A stretch of DNA of 64,000 nucleotides. It comes from Eledone cirrhosa (Eukaryota). Position 1 is the first letter of the stretch. Every line of letters begins with the position of its first letter. A model generated the notes under the pieces. The model was not told the DNA's origin. It ran no database searches and worked only from the letters and a program-made list of their open reading frames with translations. This document shows positions 40,985 to 55,605 of this stretch, in pieces. The DNA lies in assembly GCA_964016885.1 (NCBI GenBank), contig OZ024740.1:175460001-175524000 (forward strand). The letters run 5' to 3'. The position numbers were made by a program, and so were the translations under genes.

Positions 40985-43015
40985 CTAAGATCGAGAACTT
41001 TTTTCTAAGACAGATATTGCGACAATCAGGACTTCGATACCAAGGAGAGATTCGGATTTAATACCTACAAATCTCCCCCTCCGAACCCTATGCTCTCACC
41101 TTTCGAGAATGACCTTTTCCAACTGGTCAAGAGCATTAAATTCAAACCCAGACAAAACAGATTCCTACAAAAACTCCGTAGCAAAATAACAGAGTATGAA
41201 AATACCAACGACATCAGTGTGCATTTGGATAAAACTGGAAACCTCTACTTCGTCACCCCGACAGATACCACACACTGATCAGGAGCAGCCTAAACTCCAC
41301 CTATAAAAAGGTTAACCATTCAAGTATCGAGGACATAAATCGAGATGGACAACAAATTACCTCCAGCCTCGGGGTCGCCAACCGCACTGAACCCTTAGAC
41401 CCACAGACTACTTACTTCACACTGAAGGACCAAAACCATCCATCAGGCTTTTAAACCTAACGAAGTCCGACATAGGGAGAATCAGTAAAAAAAATCCTAA
41501 ACCGCGTTATACCAAAAGTTAAGCTAAACGCGAGACTTAGCCTATGGGTCAACACCCAGGAAGTAATCTCATGGTTCAGCAATATGGAGGATAAACGAGA
41601 TACAAAGTTCATCCAGTTTGACATAGAGAGTTACTATGCATCAATTACCTTACCGCTCATTACGGCCGCCTTGTACTTTGCCGAAACACTCACGCCCATC
41701 ACCGACCAGGAAAGAAATATCATCCTCCACGCCAGGAAGACAGTCCTACTTTTCGACAACTCCAAATGGATAAAGAGAGCTCCTGACTCCCCCTTCGACG
41801 TCAGTATGGGCGCAATGGATTCGGCTGAGGTCACAGATCTTATAGGATTATTCCTACTATTTAAACTCAGCGAAATGTTTCCTGCATTCGGTGGTGGATT
41901 GTACCGTGATGATGGGCTCCTTACCCTAGTAGTACAGACCTGGTCTGTAAACAATAAATCAGCTTCTATCGCGACTGGGGATTTAAAATAACCCTACAAA
42001 CGTCCCTAACCCGAGTAAACTTCCCGGACGTTACCCTTAACCTCGATAATGATCTGTACTACCCATACAGGAAACCAAACGACAACCTGCATTACATCCA
42101 CCGCTGGTCGAACTATCCTAGAAACATCACCAATAACCTGGTTAAAAACATCTCCATCCACATATCTCGTTTGTCCGCTAATGAGCAGATATTCGACGAA
42201 CATGCGCCTTATTACAACCAGGCCCTCAAGCGGAGCGGCTTCCGGGAGGAAATATCCTATTATCCAGCTTCCATTAGCGGAACCAGCAGGCGACACCGCC
42301 GTAACGCAACGTAACGTGGTTCAATCCTCCCCACAATGCCGAGGTGACAACACCTATCGGGAAAATCTTCTTTAGACTCCTCGAAAAACACTTCCCACTA
42401 CAACACCGCTACCACAACATAATCAACAAAAACATCATCAAACTCTCCTACAGCACCACACCTAACTTCGCACAAAACATCGTCTCCTCTAATAACAAAA
42501 AACTCAACCCCTATGGAAGAAATAACCTAGATATCAGTGGCGAGCCGACCAGGAGGTGTAACTGTCCTGATAGATCCCTTTGCCCCCTCAACAACAGATG
42601 CCGAGATCGTAATGTGATCTACCAGTGCAACGTGAGGACGGACACCTCCAACAAAGCTTATATAGGATTAACCGCTTGTGACTTCAAGACCCGGCTCTAC
42701 CTACACAGACATACTTTCCGAAACCCGGCCTGGCGTCATGCCACTACACTTTCGGGCCACATCTGGGACCTCAAAGATAATAATATAACCCATAATCTCA
42801 CATGGAGATTACTGTCCAGAGCTAACACTTACACGGGAGGACGCCATCCGTGTAACTTATGCTCGGAGGAAACATTACAAATGCTGGTTTCGAAGGACCA
42901 ACTCCTAAACAAGAAAGACGAACTGGTAACCGCATGCAAACACAGATTGCGTAGGACTTACCTCGCCCTCAAACCCCATAATGACCCCGGAGGGGGGGGG
43001 GGAGACAAGGGCTGA
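40985..43015 (+). pseudogene. PLE polyprotein (RT and GIY-YIG), frameshifted
   Basis: FENDL, DKTGNLY, KFIQFDIESYYASI, FDVSMGAMDSAE, GLYRDDGL, KLSYS, CNCPDRSLCPL, VIYQC..AYIGLT..FKTRL..H, CNLC. Confidence 0.9.
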
Positions 43016-43936
43016 AACACCCCACTTGCCGATTTTGTAAGGGGTAACCCCTGCTTTCAAAGGTAGACGTAACTTTTTTAACTTTTCCTCTATATTTCCT
43101 TCTTCCCCCCATCTCTTCCTAGTCCTTCCACCCCAGATCTCCTTCCTTGTCTTTTTTTCACCTTTTCACCCACCCCAATGCAGCCCATGGGTCCTCTATC
43201 GCCTCAGTACCCCCACCCCCTTAATTTTAAGATAGTATTGGCAGATGTGTTAGACCCCAGTAAATTGTTTTCTTTCTGGTTGCTGCTCCATTTCCGTGAT
43301 TTCTAAATTTCTTAGTGGTATTTTTGTATTAATATTCTTGTATTAGTATTTATGTATTAGTATTCTGAATTAATATTTCGTATTAGTATTTTTGTAGTAG
43401 TATTTTAGTATATTTGTTCTCAACTTATTTACCTGTCATTGTAAGATAGCATTGGCTGATTACTACTACCAATAACAGTGGTGTTAGACCCTGTAAAGCC
43501 GGCTTTATAAAATTCTTTCACTACAATCTCGTATTTAGTATTTTTCTCCACCTATTAAACTTTTCTATAGCTTAGCAATACCAATGAGAGATTTGATGAT
43601 TGTGGGGATGGAGTAGTAACCAGAAATTGTTTTTTATATATTTATTTCCTTATTTTTATAATGTTTTTTTTTGTTTACTCCCTTTCGATTTACCTATTCT
43701 TTCACCCCCTCCCCTTCACCAGAACACTTTTTTCGACCTTCTATACACTATCCTTAGAATCTGCTGTATAGATTTCACTTTCAACGCTTGACTTGGTTTC
43801 CCCCACTCCCTCTTTGTTCCACCGGCAAGTTCAGCTACCCCTTCCTCCCACTAAATGCCATGATAGAATCATCTGTCTTTACAACAAATTTTTGACCAAT
43901 CCTTTTGACAATTACTATCTTCCCATATAAGGAATT

Positions 43937-44032
43937 ACCCCCTGAGAAGTCCGGCTATTTATTTACCAGGCTAAAAATTCTTATTTAGTCCAGAATTAGC
44001 CGTCGAAACGGATTGAGCTCTGCCGTCGGGGT
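43937..44032 (+). ncRNA. hammerhead-like motif with non-canonical core in the pLTR (copy at 40467-40562)
   Basis: acccc CTGAGAA g..cggcta...tagccg-tc GAAAC gg(c/a)-ttgagctct-gcc GTC ggggt. Confidence 0.55.
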
Positions 44033-44123
44033 CATACTTGTTCCTATTACCCACTCTACTACACTAAGTATTGAGTACTTTGGTGCGTTCTGGTCCATCT
44101 GGTTCCTTACCACATTTCCTTCG

Positions 44124-44224
<101 letters not shown>

Positions 44225-45089
44225 ATGCAGAAAGTTTCGTCTATGTATTTCTCTTAACGCATTAATTGATATACTGAAGAAGTGTAACTATTATCCACTC
44301 TCTCTATGTCTAAATTTGATCATTCTGAGTATCCTGTATCGAACCGACGGAAATGAGCATATTTAACCGAAGAGACCTAACAAGATCAAAACATGTCTGT
44401 CACTCTCACCAGATGATTACAAGAGTCACTCCTAACTGAATTGCCTTTGTCCTTTAAAACTTGGATTAACTAATATTTACCTCGCCTATTGATATCTTTA
44501 GATTTTAAATATATCCGTCAGACAGTTTTTCTCTACAACATTCAAGGGTAATCGCAATTGAAATTATTTAGCTGAAACCTCTTTTTCTTTACCCCCCTTT
44601 CTCTCTCCCCCTCTCTCTCTCTCTCGCTTTTTCTGCCCCCTCTCTATCTCTCTCTCTTATTCGAGATGTCCGTCGCCTCATGTTTCTAGCGGATAGAATT
44701 AAAAAACGCGTTGGGAGGCCAACTCTTTCCCAATAGCAGCAACTTTGGAGGTGAGTCAGGGGCCCAGGACACCAGATGTATTCACCCATATAGTTTAAAT
44801 GCTAAACATATCGGATAGTGCTTGATTATTCAACTACGTGTAATTTTCTGCTTGTTGGACAACGAAAGCTGGCTCTGTCACTGAATTAACAAGTTGTGGT
44901 TACTTTTCGCGTCCCAGATAAGGGGCTTGAAACCGCGGAACGGGAAGATTGTGGCGCCATTTAGACTTTTTCCCTCAGTCTGACCCCATCGATTCAAGCT
45001 ACGCCAGCAGCATAATAGGTTCAAATCGCGCTTTAAAATCTTATTGAGAGCGGCATAGCCCAAATCCCCCAATTCCTGAATCAAACTAT

Positions 45090-46450
45090 CCACCATTCCA
45101 CCAGCCCACCAATCCGCCAATCAACCCGCTCACCAGCACTCCAATCCACCAATCCACAACCCCCCAGTCCAACCATTCAACAATCCACAAATCGACCAGT
45201 CAACCTACTCATCAATCTACCAATCCATCAACCCAATAATCCGCCAATCCGCCAATCAACCAACTCACCAGCCCACCAATCCACCAATCCACCAGCCCAC
45301 CAATCCACCAATCCACCAGCCCACCAGCCCACCAATCCACCAACTCACCAATCCACCAATCCACAAATCGATCAATCAACCAACTCACCAATCCACCAAT
45401 TCATCAACCCAATAATCTGCTAGTCTGCCGATAAACCAACTCACCAGCCCACCAGCCCACCAATCCACCAGTCCACCAGTCCACCAAACCACCAGCCCAC
45501 CAATCCACCAATCCACCAATCAGCCAACTCTCCATCCCACCAGCCCACCAATCCACCAATTCACCAGTCCACCAAACCACCAGCCCACCAATACACCAAT
45601 CCACCAATCAACCAACTCTCCAGCCCACCAGCCCACCAATCCACCAATCCACCAATCCACCAGTCCACCAATCCACCAGCCCACCAATCCACAAATCCAC
45701 CAATCCATCAACTCACCAATCCACCAGCCCACCAATCCACAAATCCACCAATCCATCAACTCACCAATCCACCAGCCCACCAGCCCACCAATCCACCAAT
45801 TCACCAGTCCACCAAACCACCAGCCCACCAATACACCAATCCACCAATCAACCAACTCTCCAGCCCACCAGCCCACCAATCCACCAATCCACCAATCCAC
45901 CAGCCCACCAATTCTCCAGCCCACCAATCCACCAATCCACCAATCCACTAATCCACCAATTCGACACTCCACCAGTCCACCAATCCACCGGCCCACCAAT
46001 CCACAAGTCCACCAATCCACCAACTCACCAATCCACCAGCCCACCAATCCACTAATCCATCAATCCACTAATCCACCAAATCACCAGCCCACCAATCCAC
46101 CAACTCACCAATCTACCAGCCCACCAATCCACTAATCCATCAATCCACTAATCCACCAACTCACCAGCCCACCAAATCACCAGCCCACCAATCCACCAGC
46201 CCACCAATCCCCCCCACAATCCACCAATCCACCAAATCACCAGCCCACCAATCCACCAGTTCACCAATCCACCAATCCATCAATCCACTAATCCACCAAC
46301 TCACCAGCCCACCAATCCACCAGCCCACCAATCCATCAATCCACCAGTCCCCCTACAATCCACCAATCCGCCAATCCACCAACTCACCAATCCACCAGCC
46401 CACCAATCCACCAATCCACCAATCCACCAATTCGACACTCCATCAATCAA
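45090..46450. repeat. complex 8-mer satellite (CCACCAAT/CCACCAGC)n with ~240-bp higher-order duplication
   Basis: Read directly; 45540-45660 recurs at 45780-45900; source of the W/G-rich pseudo-ORFs. Confidence 0.93.
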
Positions 46451-47259
46451 TCTATTCTAGTCAATTCACCAATGACACTAATTCACTGATGAACAACAAT
46501 TCACCAATCATCCATTCACCAGCCATGCAAACCTTATTGACCCAAAGCTGGCTTCTGACTTTTCTTTGTTTTTTATTTTAATTAAATCTTTTATATGTGC
46601 AGCATTCTGAAAACATACCATCTGCTGCTGACGTTGACAAATATGAAAAGACAACAAAAACATTTCAAAAACGACCCCCCCCCCCCACACACAAACAAAC
46701 ACACGGGAGCCCACATGCACACACAAAAAATGGCAAACAAAAAAATTAATAAAGTAAAATATATATATATATGCATGTAGTAAAAGAATTTTCGGGCAGC
46801 TGCTGATCACATGTTTAGTATTTCTCACGGAAATGTAACATAATCGACATTTCCGGCTGCAAAAGTAAGGCTTTAAGGACTTTTACTGTCTTTACTTCAG
46901 TACACACTTTGTTGCTATCTTCTGATTTGGGATTTCAAAAGAGCAAAACTATCGAAAAATGACGCCATGTAAGAGTCATAAGCCCAAGAGAGGCAACATT
47001 GTCTCTGTGTGCTTGAATGTATGTATGTATGTATGTATGTATGTATGTATGTATGTATGTATGTATGTATGTATGTATGTATGTATACATACATGCATGC
47101 ATGTTTGTATCTATGTTTGTATGTATGCATGTATGTATGCATGCGTTTGTATGTATGTATATATGCCTGCGTATGCGTGTATGTATGTGTATACATGCAT
47201 ACATATGTGTGTGTTAAGTGAGTTCCAAAGAGTTAAGAATGAGTGAATTAGATACTGAG

Positions 47260-47291
<32 letters not shown>

Positions 47292-47429
47292 GGTGTTTTT
47301 ACTTGCATTCATTGTACACATATCTCTTTAGTACACTGTTGTTTGTTTGTTTAGTTATTTGTGTGTGTGTACGTGTTTATGCTATGTGTACGCATATGTA
47401 CGTGTGTTCATTCTAGACAATTCAAACGG

Positions 47430-48000
47430 AGAATCTTTGGAATGTCTTGCAAATCTCCTCTGTACTATTAAACCGTTAATCGATTGTGTTTGAAGGATGC
47501 GAATCGGTTTGCTTTGTTCTCGCTTATAAAAACCCAATATCTCTAGGCTTTTATACAAATCCATGGTTACATAGCCCATGGATCTATCGTAATATGTAGA
47601 AATGGAAACTTATAACCAGTATATAACAAGTGTAAGTTTCGCATCATTTCAACTTGTTTATTTTCTCTTTTTCTTTCGTACGATATATTCATATCTGCTG
47701 TGCAAATGACTTCTACAACAGTACATGTCTTTTGTTCCCTGTCCAATAAAACTGCCTTAGGTCTGCTGTATTTGTACCGGATTCTTGCTTTCATGAGAAT
47801 ATTCTACTAGTTTTTCTTGTTTTTAAAGTATAGATACTTTAGTGAATCTTTGGTATAACCGCGAGAGTAATCTCTCTCGCGGATAGCATCGTAAATAATT
47901 TTCGAAACTATGTCGTGCTTCATGAATATATAGTGTTTTGCGGATATTTTGGGGCATCTGCTGATGATGCAAGTAATATTTCCCTTTTTAGTATTTCCCA
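47430..48000 (-). mobile_element. old R4/Dong-like LINE fragment
   Basis: CPKISAKHYIFMKHD, SRPKAVLLDREQKTCTVVEVIC.AD. Confidence 0.75.
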
Positions 48001-48699
48001 ATAAATATTTCCCATCACAAAATTGAGGTTTGAGTGTTATATGTTAAACGTTAGTAACGTCTTTCATATTTTTACTGTTCCATTTACAGATCGTATTTAT
48101 AAAGTGTATATTAGCTGATTAATTACTTTGCCTGAAAATCTCACCTTTTCGAGTTTGTCAGTTAAGCATTTGCTAACATAATCAAGTGTGCCAACAATTA
48201 TGGGTATGAATGTGAATTTCTAACATGGGTAGAAAAACTGAAGATTTTGAAGCAGCTATCTATGAGTATTTTCTTTCTGACTATGTATGGAAATCGATAT
48301 GGGTATATATATTCTAATGTGTAATTCATAATATGTACGTATGTATGTATGTATGTATGTATGTATGTATGTATGTATGTATGTATGTATGTATGTATGT
48401 ATGTATGTATGTATGTATGTATGTATGTATGTATGCATGCATGTATGTATGTATGTATGTATGTTCTTCTGGTTTTATAATTTCACAAAGTTTTACCAAT
48501 AGAGAGAGAGTCGGTTTCTAACATAGACACAAGACTCTCTCATTGGAATTTACACATCATCAACTCGGTAGATATGTATATATGCATGCATGTGTAGATA
48601 TGGATGTTATTGTATGTGTAGATGTGTATGTTTTGAGTTGTATGTGTGCATGTGTATATTCTTTGTATCTGTACATGTGTATATGCAGTTATTAGATGC

Positions 48700-49620
48700 A
48701 ACATTTTTGGAATGTTTTACATATTTTTACTGTTCCATTAATGGATTGTACTTGTAGTTTCCTAACTAGTTGTGTTCTTTCTGTTCCTGTGAAGCCTAGC
48801 TTCTCAAGATTTGTATTGAGGCAGTTACTAACATATCCCAGTGCCCCAATAACACAGGCATAAATCTGAAGGTGTAATCAGGGTGGAGTATCTGCAGATT
48901 TCTCATCAGTTCTGCATAAATATTCTCATTTTCACTAATCTTTGATATTATATTGGCATCTGCTGGGCAGCTAATTTCCACTACTGTGCATGTTTTCTTC
49001 TCCCTGTCCCATATCATAATATCTGGTCTGTTATGCCTGAATTTTATTGGGGTTTTTACTGGAACATTCCACCAGTACTCTTTCATTATATGTACATGGA
49101 TGTCTTCCACATTGCTATAGCTTTTAATGTGTTTATTATCGGGGCTATCTTTTTTACAAACTGCATTCTACAGTGTTTTGGCCACTACATCATGCCTCAT
49201 AGGTAGATAGTACCGCGATGACATCTTTGGACAGCTGTTGACGACATGGGTGATATCCTCGATGTTAGTTCTGCAGAGTCTGCACTTGTTATCATATCTA
49301 GGTGTTTTGCCTGCATCCCTATCTCTTTTGTGAATCAGGTATTTCGTGTTAATCTCCTGTTCTTGGATTGCAAAAGCGTATCCTTCAAAGTTGGAGCCAA
49401 TATAGCGGTTGTTGGTCCAAGATAGACTACTTTCCTTATCTATATTACTCTCACTCTGGAGCTTCCTGGCAACATATACATGCATGATTTTTTGCTGATA
49501 AGCGTGCAGTTTTTCATCCATGGATTCACTGCGATACTGCTGAGCGACTTCCCTGGGTGTGAGATTTTGATTATCAGACAGGGAATATCTCTCGAGGAGT
49601 TCCTTCCCAACTCTCATGAT
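48700..49620 (-). mobile_element. R4/Dong-like LINE 3' part (CCHC and restriction-like endonuclease)
   Basis: EGYAFAIQEQEINTK, KCRLC..EDITHVVNSC, RHDVV, HNRPDIMIWD...VVEISCPAD. Confidence 0.88.
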
Positions 49621-49699
49621 CTTATCATGAGAGTTTCATGCAGATAGACTTGCTCGAGAGACGGGCTCCTACGCTTCGAGGTTCGTAGATGTCGGAGGG

Positions 49700-49730
<31 letters not shown>

Positions 49731-49789
49731 TGTATGTATGTATGTATGTATGTATGTATGTATGTATGTATGTATGTATGTATGTATGA

Positions 49790-50186
49790 CCCCCTAGCCT
49801 TTGTCAAGGCAGAATTCTAGGAGAAGGAAAAATCTGATATAACACCTGCAACCCTGGTGGTATCCAATGATGGTGACTTGTTCTTCTTTTTGGTAAATAT
49901 CATCTCGGTTAAGAGAGTGGGACTGGCTTTGTGCAGAGCCTTTGCTCACTATAAAAGCTTCACGGCACAGGCATTTCTTTGTATCAGGAGATCTTTCTGC
50001 ACTTGACGTCACATGGTACCATGGGCCCAGCACTATGTGTCAATAATTGTCACAAGTGTAGTGTTTGCACCAGAGTTTTGAAGTCGCTGGCTGGACTAAA
50101 AAGTCACACTCGTTCAGCATATCGGTAGGGGTTCTCCTACATAGATATAAAGTAGTGGCCGTACTCGAAAACGAGTTGGCAGCCTC
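49790..50186 (+). mobile_element. short RTE-related non-autonomous element (copy 1)
   Basis: 5' ctaggagaagg motif; 3' part shared with 50832-51066 and 54193-54450, encoding a C2H2-like CSVC.RV.KSLAGLKSH remnant. Confidence 0.65.
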
Positions 50187-50720
50187 CAAGAATGTTTTGC
50201 AAATTTTGAAGGTGCCAGCTATCGCAGCCATTTGTAGACTATGAATTAGGGAGCTGCGCTCTTTGTCCGCAAATCCAAGTTCAGTCATACTTTGGTCCAA
50301 GCGGGTTGGTATATAACCCGTAGCTCCAATAATGATGGGTATGAAGCTAAAGGTGTATCTTGGATACTGGATTTGTAAACTCCTCATCAATGGTCCGTAG
50401 ATGTCCTCCTTCTCCTGTATTTTTCTGACAACGTTTACATCAAGTGGGCAGCGGATCGCCACAACAGAACACGTTTTCAATGTGTGGTCCCAAACAACAG
50501 TATAAGGCCGGTTGTGCTTTAATTTGGTGGCAGTTTTTATTTTCAGGTTCCACCAGTATTCCTTAGTGCCATCTGTCTCAATATATTCTTCCTCGTATGT
50601 TAATTTTGTTTTCCGAAGTGCGTTCCAGATGGTTCTAGCTATCCCATCGTGTCTCATGGGGAGGTAGTAGCGAGATGACATTCTTTCGCAGCTGGCAACA
50701 ATACCTACATTTATTGTCAG
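50187..50720 (-). mobile_element. R4/Dong-like LINE RLE fragment
   Basis: MSSRYYLPMRHD, KHNRPYTVVWD, CPLD, IPIIIGATG. Confidence 0.85.
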
Positions 50721-50800
50721 CTGATGGCCCTCCCCTTTTGTATGTATGTGTGTATGTATGTATGTATGTATGTATGTATGTATGTATGTATGTATGTATG

Positions 50801-50831
<31 letters not shown>

Positions 50832-50832
<1 letters not shown>

Positions 50833-51066
50833 AGCTATAAAAGCTTCACGGCACAGGCATTGCATTATATCTCTCTGCACTTGTCGTCACATGGTACCAT
50901 GGGCCCAGCACTGTGTCAATAATTGTCACAAGTGTAGTGTTTTTACCAGAGTTTTCAAGTCGCTGGCTGGACTAAAAAGTCACACACGTTCAGCGCATCG
51001 GTAGGGGTTCTCCTACATGGATATAAAGTAGTGGCCGTACTCGAAAACGAGTTGGCAGCCACCATG
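50832..51066 (+). mobile_element. RTE-related short element 3' part (copy 2), (TATG) tail
   Basis: Near-identical to 54193-54450. Confidence 0.7.
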
Positions 51067-51371
51067 TATCTATGTATGTATGTATTGACATAGAAATAGT
51101 CGGGCTGGACACCCGATCGCGTGGTTAAACCACTGGGAGTGAAGGATCTCTAGCCTTTGTCAGGGCATTCTTCTAGGAGAAGGCAACTCAGGAAACTGGG
51201 ATAACTCCGATATAAAACCTGCGGCTCAGTAGTTACCGATGATGTTGAATTTTCTTCTTTACGGGTTATAGTTACTGTCGCTCAGAGAGTGGGATTTGCT
51301 CAGTGCACAGTTTTTCCTCACTTTAAAACATATCTTCGCGCACAGGCATTGCACGATGGAATTGATTAATT

Positions 51372-51548
51372 GTTTCTACTTTAGGCACAAGGCCAGCAAT
51401 TACCCAGTACATTACTTGTACTTTATTTTATCGACCCCGTAAGGATGAAATTCAAAGTTAACCTCGGCGGGATTTGAACTCAGACTCTAAAGGGATGTAA
51501 CTATGCTAGAAAGCATGGCATCTAACCCTCTACCGTTACTGCCAATGG
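51372..51548 (-). mobile_element. SINE copy
   Basis: Reverse complement of the SINE consensus. Confidence 0.87.
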
Positions 51549-54192
51549 AATTAATTAATAATTATTAATAATGTTATATCGTGCAATGGCCTTACTCGAT
51601 AACGAGGGGGCAGCCATCATGTATGTATGTATGTATGTATGTATGTATGTATGTATGTATGTATGTATGTATGTATGTATGTATGTATGTATGTATGTAT
51701 GTATGCATATGTGTGTGTATGAATGTATGTGTATCAGTGTCTATATTCATGTTTGAATGTATGTTTATGGGTGCATCGAATTGCCTACCTTTATGAAAAA
51801 TGCATAAAATGGAGATTGATAAAATAAGTACCATACGGAAATATGTCCTTGGGGCAGAATTGATCCATTAAATCCCTTACAGACAATGCTCCAACATAGT
51901 CACAGTTTAAGGGATAAAACGATTGAATTGGTATACTAAAAGAATCGTAGTAACGACAGTCAAAACAGCACTAACCACAGGAACAGAAGTAGAGGACACT
52001 CGTTCTGCTATAAAATTCAGTTACATCACCCACCCAATGACAGAGAATACGCGTAAAAAAAATTGAAAGATAAATTATGTGGTCCGGATTGCAATGTTTG
52101 AAGATAGATGGAGTAGTCATGGCAGGAATGCTTTGAATATGGTTCTGCTCAACCAGGGTGAAGACTTGTGGATTAGGGTGTTACAGTGTTGGGGGTTCAC
52201 AATCATGAGGTTATGAGCTCGATTCCCAGCCAGGGTGGCGCGTTGTGTCTTTGAACAAGACATTTTATATTGACGTTGCTCCAGTTCACACAGCTGGAAA
52301 ACATGAGTTACGACGTCACAGGGCCAAGCTTTATCAGCCTTTATTTGAAGGAACTTTGTAGGTGCAAACCCATGATCACCCACAACCGAAGGGGGGCTTC
52401 TACTCAATCAGCGTTGATCTGGGCCAAAACGAAAACAATGACAACAACAGCAGCAAAAAGAACAAGAATAATAGCAGCAGCAATCACATGGCCAGCTCGA
52501 AATATTAGTAAATGATGGTGAGCTGGTAGGATTGTTAAAGTGGATTTTTTTCCGGCTCTTTACGTTCTACTTTCAAATCCCGCCGCGCCGAGTTGCACTT
52601 AGAATAATTCATCCTTTAGGAGTCAATGAAATGAAGCATCCGTTCTGGATGTTGGATTGACGGTATTAGAGCATCGAACGAGATACCTTGTGGTAGTTGA
52701 TCTGTTTTTTTTTTGTTTTTTTTTTGCATTCTGATTTCAAACAATGTTCTTGCCTGGGTGGTAGATGTATTCTGTCACTTGGGTTAACATTATCACATGG
52801 CACTTGGGTATCCTTAACAGAGTCTATCCTGTTTGAAGGATTCAGGCTACATTTTCGGTTTGAGGATACCTTCCTGACTTCTTGACTCCCTCCCTCTCCC
52901 CCTTCTCTGTCCTTGGAGGCCCTGCAACAGGTCATGGACACTGCTTTTCCTCCGTCACTAAACAGTATAACAACATCTCCTGCAATTCACAGTCTAGAGT
53001 CTATAGAAAGGACAGGATGGCCATCCCAGGAAAGCTTTTGATCACAGGACAGCTTCCGCAGAGATAACTATGACTGACAGAAGCTACTAATAGAAGAAAT
53101 AACGATATAGATGATGAAGGGGATATTTCTGCAACACCATCATCATCATCGTTATTTACCTCCTCCACCTCCACCTCCTCCTCCTCCTCCTCCTCCTCCT
53201 CATCATCATCATCATCATGATCATCATCACGATCATCATCATCATGATCATCATCACGATCATCATCATCATGATCATCATCACGATCAGCATCATCATT
53301 ATTATCCTCGCCACCCCCCAGCACCCCCCATATCATCCATAACAGTAATATCAACAGACACAACAATAGCAGTCGCATTAGCAACACCACCAACAGCAGT
53401 AGTTGCAGTAACATCTGCGGTTAGCAACAGGAACAACAATATCAACAACACCAACAACTACATCAATAACTACAACACCAACAACAATAGCAGTTGCTGC
53501 AACGTAAGCAGATGCAGCGACAGAAATGTTTGCAGCTGCAATACAAGCAACGGCAGCAAACAATTGCATAATATAGAAACAGCAGCAACGGATGCAGTCA
53601 TAACATCAGTAATAACTGCAACAACGACAGCAGCAGCAACATCTGGGACAGCAGAAGTTGTTCCAATAACTGCAATGATAGAAACATGGAGCCGTTAGAC
53701 GATTGTTTGTTCTGCTAGAAATAGCAGCCATTTTCCTTCAGATCATAACCGACCTTCTTAAAAGGACATGTTGGATGATATATAGATAAAGGCAAGTGGA
53801 TACCGAGTTTGTTCCGCAACCATGTTTTGGATTCAGTCAGGCTGCATGACATCTCGGGCAAGAGTCTTCTATAGCTTCGGGTTGACCAATGCCTTACGAG
53901 TGAAATTTACGTATATATGCGTGTGGGTTCTCGGTGGCTATGTTTACCTTTCTGGCTGTCTCTGCGTTTATGCTCTATAACTAGTGGTTGGATAAAAAAA
54001 TGATCGATAAAATAAGTACCAGACTTAAAAAAAAGTACTTGGGTCGATAAAATCGACAAATCAAAGCGCTTCCCCAACGTGGCCGCAGTCTATTAACTAT
54101 GTATGTATGTATGTATGTATGTATGTATGTATGTATGTATGTATGTATGTATGTATGTATGTATGTATGTATGTATGTATGTATGTATGTAT

Positions 54193-54460
54193 GTGCAGTG
54201 CCTTTGCTCACTATAAAAGCTTCACGGCACAGGCATTGGTTTATATCTGGAGATCTCTCTGCACTTGTCGTCACATGGTACCATGGGCCCAGCACTATGT
54301 GTCAATAATTGTCACAAGTGTAGTGTTTGTACCAGAGTTTTCAAGTCGCTGGCTGGACTAAAAAGTCACACTGGTTCAGCACATCGGTAGGGGTTCTCCT
54401 ACATGGATATAAAGTAGTGGCCGTACACGAAAACGAGTTGGCAGCCACCATATATGTATG
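54193..54460 (+). mobile_element. RTE-related short element 3' part (copy 3) in (TATG)n
   Basis: Same family as copies 1 and 2. Confidence 0.7.
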
Positions 54461-54644
54461 TATGGTATATATATGGACCCATAACTGTCGAGGGAGTTGT
54501 AGAGGCGCCATATTGACATAAGGCGTTTCTAATGCATTTTAAAACATGGTTGAGCCAATCTCCTCTCCAGCTTTGAATACATCAGATTCCTTCCAGAGAA
54601 GGATAGAGAGTGAGAGAAAGGAACCGAGAAAAAGACATAGAGGA

Positions 54645-54805
54645 ACAATCGACCCCAGTACGAGACTAAGAGTATTTTATCGACCGCGAATGGATGATAG
54701 GAAAAGTTAACCTCGACAGTATTTGAACTCAGAGAGCGGAGAGTCGGAAGGAATACTGCAAAACATTCAAACCGTCGTTCTAACGAATCCGCCGATTTGC
54801 TGCCT
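54645..54805 (-). mobile_element. diverged SINE copy
   Basis: Reverse complement contains ctgagttcaaat...gaggttaactt. Confidence 0.65.
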
Positions 54806-55520
54806 ATAGTCTAATAACTTAAACCAGTAAAATAATAAAAGAATAAAAGAATAACATCAGTAGCAGCAGCAGCTATGTTTCACCCACCTTCGACAACAGC
54901 ACGAGCCAACGAGAGACCCTCTTCATGACCACTCGACCTGCTAGAAATAGTAGCCAAATCCCTCTCAAATCACAGTATAGAGCATTTAAAAGTTTGGATT
55001 CCGTGCACATAGAAAATAGTTGGGATAGTCACAGCTGGAAAGCCTTTGATCCTAGGTTTATTTAATCAGGGATGATGTCGGACTAAATAATAGAAGCGAC
55101 TGCAATATACAACAAAGCATTAAAGGTCCATCTACGTGGTCATTTTGTCTGCTAACTATAGCAATGACAACTCCTTCAACAGTAGGACAAATTGAACTAT
55201 ATAGTCTTAAGTACAGTGTCTGAATAATACAAGGCTGGTCAAGGCTGGAACGCCTTTGATTAGAGTTCTGTTAGACGAGGGTTGATGTGATGATAAATAT
55301 ATATAACTATAATAACAGCTACTACTACTACTACTACTACTACTATTTATTAGTACTACTACTACTACTGTTGCCACGACCGCCACCATTGCCGCCGCCT
55401 CTACCTCAGTACCAACAACTACAATGTCAACAAGCAAGAATAGAGACCGCAACCATAATTACAACTACAACTACAGACGAAACTACAAGAACATGAAAAA
55501 GATGGAGAGAGAGAGAGAGG

Positions 55521-55605
<85 letters not shown>

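Noticed and set aside
51100-51200. HDV-like ribozyme in the RTE-related 5' end
   Set aside because: A P1-like pairing exists, but P1.1, P3 and J4/2 could not be built.
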